Source of the DNA: a bacterium
Lineage (GTDB): Bacteria > Eisenbacteria > RBG-16-71-46
Length of the DNA stretch: 18,537 nucleotides
Assembly (NCBI GenBank): GCA_043779265.1
Contig: JAYWEM010000136.1
Coordinates: 1 to 18,537, forward strand
Reading direction: 5' to 3'
In this document: positions 8,995 through 16,800 of the stretch, in pieces
How the letters are laid out: the number at the start of each line of letters is the position of its first letter
How positions within the stretch are numbered: position 1 is the stretch's first letter
The notes under the pieces: model-generated
The model's database searches: none
Seen by the model: only the letters and a program-made list of their open reading frames with translations
Told to the model about the DNA's origin: nothing
Program-made: the position numbers and the translations under genes

Positions 8995-9123
8995 GCAACG
9001 TGGCCAAGACGCAGCCGCCGAAGCCGGGCTCGACGTCGACGAGGAAGCCAGCCGCGTCCGCGTATCGATCGCGACAAACTACGCGCCGCACTTCGCCGGC
9101 TCGGCGATGAGTACGTCTTCTAC
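8991..9123 (+). pseudogene. Frameshifted, 3'-truncated remnant of a hypothetical gene (IDRDKLRAALRRLGDEYVFY)
   Basis: GTG 8991 overlaps the upstream TGA as GTGA and reads MSNVAKTQPPKPGSTSTRKP...; another frame at 9064-9123 encodes the amphipathic IDRDKLRAALRRLGDEYVFY, which I recall as the N-terminus of a longer conserved hypothetical protein; coding character is lost after 9123. Confidence 0.5.
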
Positions 9124-9407
9124 CGCGGGAGTTCTGAATGTCGCTCAGCACACCGGCTGAACAATCTCAACCTGTGAACAGCCTCGTGAGCCTCCACAAC
9201 TACCCTCGACGAGTTGCCGCCAGCAACACCATCAGACCACAGCGGTTGGAGCCGCTCTCGACCCGGACGGCCCTTCAGAGAGCACGATCGCACCCGATCG
9301 CGCACCTCGACGAGCGCGTCCGCGTTCTCGGGATCGCGCTCCGCGATCACGCCCACGCCGCCGCCCTCGCGCAGAACCCAGCGAACGCTGGGCGCTTTCA
9401 AGGCGAA

Positions 9408-9431
9408 GCCCCGCGAGTTGCCTCGCGGGGC
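9408..9431 (-). terminator. Probable intrinsic terminator hairpin downstream of tRNA-Asn
   Basis: Minus strand GCCCCGCGAG-GCAA-CTCGCGGGGC: perfect 10 bp stem with a GNRA loop, followed by a weak U tract (TTCGCCTT). Confidence 0.65.
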
Positions 9432-9477
9432 CTCCTGTTGACTGCGCCGCCACCATCGGTTGGTGGTGGAGGAAGAG

Positions 9478-9552
9478 TGGCTCCTCGGGTAGGATTCGAA
9501 CCTACAACCCTCCGGTTAACAGCCGGATGCTCTACCATTGAGCTACCGAGGA
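9478..9552 (-). tRNA. tRNA-Asn (GTT)
   Basis: TCCTCGGTAGCTCAATGGTAGAGCATCCGGCTGTTAACCGGAGGGTTGTAGGTTCGAATCCTACCCGAGGAGCCA: 7 bp acceptor stem, D arm, GTT anticodon, GTTCGAAT T-loop, encoded CCA. Confidence 0.98.
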
Positions 9553-9604
9553 ACGGTCATTGCGCCCGGCGAGGCCGGGCGGTCAAGTCATGGGAAGGGC
9601 GAGG

Positions 9605-9634
9605 AAGGTATCCGCCACGGGGCTGGGGGGTCAA
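9605..9634 (-). promoter_or_regulatory. Putative sigma70 promoter for tRNA-Asn
   Basis: Minus strand TTGACC-N18-TACCTT, with the -10 ending 52 nt upstream of the mature tRNA. Confidence 0.5.
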
Positions 9635-9694
9635 GTCACTGCGGCCCCAGCCGATGGCGCACTCCCGCCCGTCTGCTCGCGTGGTATCGGCCGC

Positions 9695-11830
9695 TCAGGA
9701 CCGTGAGTCGAGGGCTTCCCTGAGGACCCGGCCCAGCAGTTCGGGCGGATAGGGTTTGGGCAGGAATCCATCCGCGACGGCATGCAGATCCGCCGCTGGC
9801 CCATCCCCACTCGGATAGCCGCTCATGAGCACGACGACGATTCCAGGGGCATGTGCCCTCAACTCGCGCAGCGTCTCGCGGCCGGACAGTCGCGGCATGG
9901 TCAGATCGAGCAGCACGGCATCGACCGCTCCTCGTGTCTCCCGCACCATCGCGATGGCCTCGATCCCGTCTCGTGCGAGCAGCACGCGGTAGCCGAGGCG
10001 CTCCAGCACTGCTCTCGCCAGATCACGCAACGGCTCCTCGTCGTCCACGACGAGGACCATCTCGCCCGATCCGACGGGCGCGTTCGACGGCAGCGCCTCG
10101 GGCCCGAATCGCGGCAGGTGAACGCGAATCGCCGTGCCGGCACCCAACGTGCTCCGACACTCGACCCAGCCGCCATGCTGCTCGACGATCCCGTGGACGA
10201 CGGCGAGGCCCAATCCCGTGCCGCGGTCCGGCCCCTTCGTCGTGAAGAACGGTTCGAACATGCGAGCCAACGTCTCGGGCGCCATTCCCTCGCCGCTGTC
10301 CCGCACCTCGAGGACGACATGCTCGCCGCGCACACCGCGCTCGCGGCCACGGAGATTGCCGAGCGAGATGCTCAGTCGGCCCCCCTGCGGCATCGCATCG
10401 CGTGCGTTCACGCACAGATTCACGATGACCTGGCCGATCTGGGCGGCATCGGCATGCACGAGCCACAGGTCGTCGGAGAAGTCGGCCTCGATGACGATGC
10501 GAGGATCGAACGAGTGTTCCAAGAGCGGCAGCGATTCATCCACCACTTTCCGGAGGTCCGTCGGGCGCAGGCGCATCGGCGAGCGGCGGCCGAACCCGAG
10601 CAGCTGACGCGTCAGATCGGCGGCTCGTCTCGCTGCGACTTCGGCATCGCGCAGCCCGGAGACGACGTCGTGATCCGGAGGCAGATCGAGCAGTGCCAGA
10701 GAGACATTGCCCAGCACAGCGGTCAGCAGGTTGTTGTACTCATGCGCGATACCGCCTGCCAACGTGCCAACGGCCTCCATCTTCTGAGCGTGCCGCAAGC
10801 GGTCCTCGAGCGCGCGACGCTCGGTGACATCATGCACGGTGACCACGAGCCGAGGGCTCTCGTCACCTGCTCCGGTGAGTGGCGTCACGCGGAGCGACCA
10901 CCACGAGGGCGCAGGGCCGGGCCATGGCACCTCGATGTCCGGTTCCGTCTGGCTGGTTCCCGAAGCGAGCGCTCGCTCGACACAGCGCCGCACGGGGCTC
11001 GACTCGAACTCCGGCAGAAGACTCGGCCACGTGCGCCCCACCAGGTCGCCGTCTGCGCCCAGCCCGAGAGCGAACGCCGGATTGTGCTGGAGGATCCTCA
11101 ACTCCGGTCCCTCCAGAAGTGCGACTCGTGCATCCACATGGTGCAGCATCTGCTGCTGGATCGAGTGACTGGCGAGCGAGCGGCGCTCGGTCATCTGCGA
11201 CTTCTCGAACAGCCTCGCATTGTCGAGCGCGGTCGCGACCACGTCCGTGAGGGTCTGCAGGAATTCGTGCGAATGCGCCTCGAAACCGTGCTCGTCACGA
11301 TGAGTGAGAGTCACCGCACCCAAGTGCATTCCACGGCACCTGAGGGGCATCATGATCAACGACCGCGCACCGAGCAGCGCGCAGAGCTGGATCGTGCTTG
11401 CAGGCGTATCCTGGGGAACCAATCGCCTCACGACGACCTGCGGATCCGTCAGGAAGGCGACCTGCTCCTTCCAGTCCGCGATGCTGTCGAAAGCCGCCAG
11501 ATACTCCGCGGTCAACCCTGCATGAACGGCCCGGACGGGAAGTTTTCCGGCGACGCTCAACCAGATCGATCCGGAGTTCGCGCGAGTCAATCGGATGCAT
11601 CCGAGCAGGGCCTGGCGGAGGGCCTGATCCGGGTCGAGGCTCGAGATGATGCTCGTCATGACGCGGCGGAGTTCCGCAAGCGCCTCGCCTCCCTCGAGCG
11701 GGCGCGCCTGGCACGTCTCCGCCTCCACCAAATCGGTCACATCGAGTGCGGGTAGCCTGTTGCCCGCGAATCCGGGCCACAGGTGATCGGGGGGCAGAGG
11801 TGGGGCGTGGAGCGAGGTGTCGTCGGCCAT
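9695..11830 (-). CDS. Cytoplasmic GAF-PAS hybrid sensor histidine kinase/response regulator
   Basis: GAF (SLIMMPL...LGAVTL...ATALDNARLF); PAS/PAC ending HDVTERR; QKMEAVGTLAGGIAHEYNN; NLCVNARDAM; FEPFFTTK, GTGLGL; receiver VLVVDDE...LDLTMP...LPKPY; GAGAGGG RBS. Confidence 0.94.
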   Translation of the reverse strand: MADDTSLHAPPLPPDHLWPGFAGNRLPALDVTDLVEAETCQARPLEGGEALAELRRVMTSIISSLDPDQALRQALLGCIRLTRANSGSIWLSVAGKLPVRAVHAGLTAEYLAAFDSIADWKEQVAFLTDPQVVVRRLVPQDTPASTIQLCALLGARSLIMMPLRCRGMHLGAVTLTHRDEHGFEAHSHEFLQTLTDVVATALDNARLFEKSQMTERRSLASHSIQQQMLHHVDARVALLEGPELRILQHNPAFALGLGADGDLVGRTWPSLLPEFESSPVRRCVERALASGTSQTEPDIEVPWPGPAPSWWSLRVTPLTGAGDESPRLVVTVHDVTERRALEDRLRHAQKMEAVGTLAGGIAHEYNNLLTAVLGNVSLALLDLPPDHDVVSGLRDAEVAARRAADLTRQLLGFGRRSPMRLRPTDLRKVVDESLPLLEHSFDPRIVIEADFSDDLWLVHADAAQIGQVIVNLCVNARDAMPQGGRLSISLGNLRGRERGVRGEHVVLEVRDSGEGMAPETLARMFEPFFTTKGPDRGTGLGLAVVHGIVEQHGGWVECRSTLGAGTAIRVHLPRFGPEALPSNAPVGSGEMVLVVDDEEPLRDLARAVLERLGYRVLLARDGIEAIAMVRETRGAVDAVLLDLTMPRLSGRETLRELRAHAPGIVVVLMSGYPSGDGPAADLHAVADGFLPKPYPPELLGRVLREALDSRS

Positions 11831-11918
11831 GTGGGTCCCTCTCGTGGCGGGAGAGTGACCGAGCCGGGGCGGCTCCGCAATCAGCTTCTTCAGGGCCGGA
11901 CGACTCTTGGTTGGGAGC

Positions 11919-12911
11919 CTAGCCCCCTGCCAGCTTCAACTCGGCGGCCCTACCGGCATAGCCCGGGTGCGAGGGTCCACCCGTCTCGCGCTGGGCCCTC
12001 ACGAGTGCCGGGAGGTAGAGGGCACTTGAAGTGCACGGCCCACCCAGCAGCGCGGCCGCCCGCCACGGGTCCGGCCTCGAGCACCAGGGCCCGGAGTAGG
12101 GCGACATCGAGCGATCCAGCCCCGCTTGGGCGATCTGCTCCCACGAGCGCGCCACGAAGCGGGGCGAGGCGCCGAGCACGCCGCCCGCCACGGTGAGGAA
12201 TTCCAGGAGCGTGGGCTCATCGGGCTGCGCGAGATTGAGCGCTCGCTCGCTCGGCCAATCCGCCGACTGCGCGAGTCGGACCAGCGAGCGTGCCACGTCC
12301 TCGTTCCAGACGAATCGCACGCGCTGCTCACCGCCCTCGGGCAGGATCACCGGCCCGCCGTCCAGCATGCGCTCCAGGTAGGCCCACAGTCTCCGCGAAT
12401 GATCCTCGACACCCTGGACGACCGGCAAGCGCAGCGCCACGCTCCGCACTCCGTGCGAGCTGCGCAGCCGCATGAGCGCCGACTCCGCTCGGCGTTTTCC
12501 GACGCCATAGCTCCACTCGCCGTGATCCGGCGAGCCCCCCGGTGGTTCGGGCATCAGCGGCCGGTCGGCCGACTCCTCGGAGAAAGGCGGCTGCGGCGAT
12601 TCGGTGACCAGGTACACCTGACCGGTCGAGATCATGACGAAGCGACCGAGCGCCGCGATCGGCTCGTGGAACAGCGCCTCCACGTCCTGAGCGTCATACG
12701 CGAGGAAGTCCACCGTGAAGTCGAACGCCCGGCCGCGAAGTGCCGCGCGCATCGATTCGGGCTCGCTCCGATCGGCGACCAGGGCCGTGACCCCATCGGG
12801 CACAGGGCGCCGGCCACGTGAGACCACGGTGACATCGGCCTCGGCTCGCACGAAGGCGCGGACCGTGGCCGCCGAGAGGAGCCCTGAGCCCCCGAGAAGG
12901 AGAACACGCAT
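11919..12911 (-). CDS. NAD-dependent epimerase/dehydratase (extended/atypical SDR)
   Basis: MRVLLLGGSGLLS Rossmann motif; MISTGQVY; YGVGK (YxxxK); LRLPVVQG. Confidence 0.9.
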   Translation of the reverse strand: MRVLLLGGSGLLSAATVRAFVRAEADVTVVSRGRRPVPDGVTALVADRSEPESMRAALRGRAFDFTVDFLAYDAQDVEALFHEPIAALGRFVMISTGQVYLVTESPQPPFSEESADRPLMPEPPGGSPDHGEWSYGVGKRRAESALMRLRSSHGVRSVALRLPVVQGVEDHSRRLWAYLERMLDGGPVILPEGGEQRVRFVWNEDVARSLVRLAQSADWPSERALNLAQPDEPTLLEFLTVAGGVLGASPRFVARSWEQIAQAGLDRSMSPYSGPWCSRPDPWRAAALLGGPCTSSALYLPALVRAQRETGGPSHPGYAGRAAELKLAGG

Positions 12912-12950
12912 CCCAGCAGGCTCGGCGATGGCGCTGCCGAGCGCAAGCGC

Positions 12951-13487
12951 TCAGGCGGCCGCGTCGGCCTCGCCGTTCGAGTCCGGCTCGCCCGCGTGCT
13001 CCGCCCCGCCCGGCCTCAAGCGGGCCAACTCGCGGCGCATCTCCTCCATCTCGACTCGCACAACGCGCAGTTCCTGAGCCGACTTCCGGAGATCCTGGGT
13101 GAGCAGCACGATGCGCAGTCCCGCGCGAACGCGCGCCATCAACTCCCCCTGGTCGCACGGCTTGACCAGATAGTCGTCGGCGCCCGTTTCCAGCGCGAGC
13201 AACTTGTCGTCGATCTCGCCCTTCGCCGTCAGCAGCAGGAAGTAGGGCGCGGCTTCTCGCAGCCCGGTCTTCACGGACTGGCAGAGCTCGAGGCCGTCCA
13301 CGTGCGGCATCATCCAATCCGAGATCACGAGATCGGGCTCGAAGCCGACGATCGCCTTCATCCCCTCGCGGCCATCGGCGGCCGCCATCACCTGGTAACC
13401 CTCGGCCGAGAGTCGCTTCAGCAGAACGCGCGCGAAGAACGGGTCATCCTCGACCACGAGGATGCGCACTTCACTCATGCTCTTCAT
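12951..13487 (-). CDS. Response regulator: receiver plus coiled coil, no output domain (178 aa)
   Basis: RILVVEDD...SDWMMP...LLTAK...GADDYLVKP...ELMARVRAGLRI then a heptad-rich helix and stop; ATG 13487 overlaps the upstream TGA (alternative start 13478). Confidence 0.9.
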   Translation of the reverse strand: MKSMSEVRILVVEDDPFFARVLLKRLSAEGYQVMAAADGREGMKAIVGFEPDLVISDWMMPHVDGLELCQSVKTGLREAAPYFLLLTAKGEIDDKLLALETGADDYLVKPCDQGELMARVRAGLRIVLLTQDLRKSAQELRVVRVEMEEMRRELARLRPGGAEHAGEPDSNGEADAAA

Positions 13488-13885
13488 GCCGCACGCTCGA
13501 CAAGTGACAGGACCTGCGCGACGAACGCGGCATGATCGATGATCGGTTTGGACACGTAGTCGTCCGCACCGCTCTCCTCGATCAGGCGCTTCTCGTCGCC
13601 TCGCATCGCGTGTGCCGTCGCGAGCAACACGGGCACATGGGCGCTGCGCGGATCCTGCTTGAGCAATCGCGTCAGTTCGAGCCCGGAGATCGGCTGACCC
13701 TCCCACGCCGAATGGGCGAGCGAGACATCCATCACGATCAGGTCGACATCGCCCGAGCGCACCAGGTCGAAGATGGCGACCGGGTCCTCGCTGTGCGTCA
13801 CGCGGCAGCCGCCGCGGCGCTCGAGAACCTTGCGGAAGAGCACGGCATTCTGCAGGTCATCCTCGACCACGAGCACGTGCCTCAT
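13484..13885 (-). CDS. Single-domain response regulator, DivK/cyanobacterial DevR-like (133 aa)
   Basis: MRHVLVVEDD...MDVSLAHSAWEGQPISGLELT...ATAHAMRGD...SGADDYVSKPIIDH; ATG 13885 overlaps the kinase stop as ATGA, with GGAGG SD. Confidence 0.92.
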   Translation of the reverse strand: MRHVLVVEDDLQNAVLFRKVLERRGGCRVTHSEDPVAIFDLVRSGDVDLIVMDVSLAHSAWEGQPISGLELTRLLKQDPRSAHVPVLLATAHAMRGDEKRLIEESGADDYVSKPIIDHAAFVAQVLSLVERAA

Positions 13886-16800
13886 GCCGCCTCCCGTGAG
13901 TCCGGCGCGGCATCCGACTCGCGCGCCACCTGCAAGTGCCAGTCGAGCACGTGCGGCAGCAGTTTCGGATTGTCGTGAATGGCCGACTTGGCGACGACAT
14001 CGAGCACGAGCCCCTGCTCCAGCAGCAGCCGTTCCTCCTGGTTGCGTGGCTCGGGGAAGTTGGTGAGCACAAGCACGGGCAGTTCCGGATGGAGCTGGCT
14101 CAACGTCATTTCGCGCAACACGTCGTAGCCACTGACGCCCGGCATCATCAGGTCGAGGATCAGGAGGTCGTAGCCGTGCGGCTGCGTGCGCAGCGCGTGC
14201 AGGCACTCCTCGCCGTTCGTCGTGATGTCCAGATGGTAGCGCCGCTCCGGGAGCACCTTGCGCATGTAAGCCGCCACCGTCGGGTCGTCATCGGCCATGA
14301 GGACGCGTGTGAGTCCGCCCTCTCGGGGCAGCGCGACGGCGGAGATGCGCTCGATCAGTTGCTTCGCCTCGACCGGTTTGACCAGATGTTCGGGCCGCCG
14401 CGCGAACGCCGTCGCCCGCAACTTGTCGCGAAGCTCGACGTCGAATCCGGTGACGAACACGATCGGGATGTGGCGTGTCTCGGACTCGGCGGTCATTCGC
14501 GTTGCGAGATCCCATCCGGTTCGCAGCGACGCGCCGTCGCCACTGGAGAGCGCATAGTCGAGGATGACGACCGCAGGCCGCAGGCGACGCACGAGGACCC
14601 AGCCCGATTCGGCGTAGTCGGCTTCGGCCGTGCGATATCCACTCTGCTGCAGAACCGCCGTCAGGAACCGCCGGAAGACCGGGTCGTCCTCGACGACCAG
14701 CACCAACGCCCCACCCACCGGGCCCTGGATCTGCTCTTGAGCCACGAGCGTCTCCGCCGTCGTGCTCTCGATCTCATCGCGCCACATCGGGAGCGAGAAG
14801 TACATGCGCGTGCCCTTGCCCTCACCCTCGCTGTGAACGCCGATGATCCCGCCCATCAGTTCGACGAGGCTACGCGAGATGGCAAGGCCGAGCCCGGTGC
14901 CACCGAATCGGCGAGTCGTGCTGCCGTCGGCCTGCACGAACTTCTCGAAGATGAGCTTCTGGCGATCCGGTGGAATCCCGATGCCGGTGTCCTGCACCTC
15001 GAACATGAAGTGGCCCAGTTCGGGATGTGCTTTGGCGCGAACGACGACGCGGCCCTTCGGCGTGAACTTGAGGCTGTTACCCACCAGGTTGATGAGCACC
15101 TGCTTCACCTTGCCGAAGTCGCCGCGGGCATGCAGCCCCTCGGCCACCTGCGAGTCGAAGTCGAGCGCGATCCCCTTCTGGGCCGCTTGCACATGCGTGA
15201 GCGTGTAGACCTCGCCGAAGAGCTGCTGAGCATCGATGCGATCGTTCTCGAGCTGGAGCTTGCCGGCCTCGATCTTGGCGATGTCCAGCACGTCATTGAT
15301 GAGTCCGAGCAGATGGCGCGAACACTGCAGCGCCTGCTTGAGGAAGTCGCGCTCCTCCTCGGGTGAGTCGCACATGTCGTCGAGCACCAGCTGAAGGAAC
15401 CCGATCATCCCGTTGAGCGGCGTGCGCAGCTCGTGGGACGTGTTGGCCAGGAACTCGCTCTTGAGTCGGGAGGCGCCCTCGAGCTGGGCGTTCACCTCCT
15501 CGAGCCGCCGGTTGGCGACCTCGAGTCCCTCGGCGAAAGCGCGCAGTCGCTGTTCCGCCTCGACCCGCTCGCGCACATCGCGAACGATGGCCGTCACCAC
15601 TTCCTGATCGCCGTCGCCCGCAACGCCGATCGAGAACTCGACCGGAATGGGATCGGCACCCTCACGCAGAACGCGCCCGACACCGACGCTGCCAGCCGTG
15701 GGAAGGGCGTCTCCCCCGCCGAAATCGAGATGCTGCGAGATCGGACAACCGTCGAGGTCGGCCGCCGAGCGACCGAGCAGGCGCTCCGCAGAACGATTGA
15801 CGGCGCGGACCCTGCCTCCGGGCTCGAAACTCACGATGGCGTCGAACGCCGTGTCGAACACCGATTGGACGCGCTGGGCGTGACGCTCGGTCAGTTCGGC
15901 GGCGTGGCGCGCGAGCCCGGCTCGATAGAAGCGCCACCAGAGTAGACCGCTACCCACCAACAGCACGGCGATGAGCAGATCGAGGAGGAACAGCCCCTGC
16001 TGTCCGGATCGCAAATTCTCCAGCATCTCCGCCTGGTCCACCTGTGCGACGAGCCCCCAGCCCGCCTCGGGCAGCGCGCGCGTCACCACCCACGCAGGCT
16101 CCCCGGCACCGTTCAGGACCTCGGCCCGCGACTCGACACCCGTGGCGGCCATCGCAGTGCTCATCGCCTCGGGCGAGGACAGGCTCACATGTCGACGCCT
16201 CGGAAGGCCGGTCCCCCGCTGGAAGTCCGTGAGCACCACTGCCCGATCGCCTTCGGCTCGAACGAGGTAGGCCCCGGCGCTACGGCCGAGTGACTTCCAC
16301 TGCCGCTCCAGCGCGTCGACCAACTGGGGATTGTGTTCGTGCACGAGGAGCACACCGGAGTACCCGTCGGCATCGGGCCCGATCGGTAGCGCGATGACCA
16401 GTTCACCGACTCCGGGGTCCGCCAGCACCGGCTCTCCGGTGACCCGGGCTCGCGCGGCCAACTGGGCGCGCTCACGGGGGGGCAGACAGCGACAGGGATG
16501 ATGGGTGCGCACGGCGGTTCCGCCGGGCGTGAGCAGTTCGATACTCTCGAAGCCGAAGTGGTCCGACTCGGCCGTCAGTCGCGACCAGGTCGCGACGTCC
16601 TCGGGACCGGAGCCCCCCCGCGTCGTCGTCAACAGTGAGGCCTGCGTCGCGGGATCCTGAGCGAGACTCTGGCTGGCGCGTCGAACGCTGCCGATGAATC
16701 GCACGATCTCATCACGCGCCAGTTCGGCCGAGTCCTCGAGCCGAGCCCATCCTTGTCGCTCCACGCGCTGCTTCAGGTCGTGGTAGAGGCCGACATTGAG

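Noticed and set aside
9124..9284. IS end or CRISPR remnant in the AT-richer stretch
   Set aside because: No partner inverted repeat, target duplication, transposase fragment or regularly spaced repeats seen
9120..9401. 93 aa minus-strand ORF after the tRNA terminator
   Set aside because: TTG start, no RBS, no recognisable family; overlaps the hairpin cluster; a fragment cannot be excluded
9138..9752. 204 aa plus-strand ORF
   Set aside because: Runs through the antisense of tRNA-Asn (APRVGFEPTTLRLTAGCSTIELPR is a translated tRNA)
9782..11755. 657 aa plus-strand ORF, and similar ones at 1459-2592, 3673-4920 and 13936-15366
   Set aside because: Antisense to well-supported kinase or LysR genes; no independent signal
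8617..13885. Functional link between CcbP-like and DevR-like genes (both heterocyst-associated names)
   Set aside because: They lie in different contexts (accessory insert versus core-like operon), on opposite strands and on opposite sides of the tRNA; most likely coincidence
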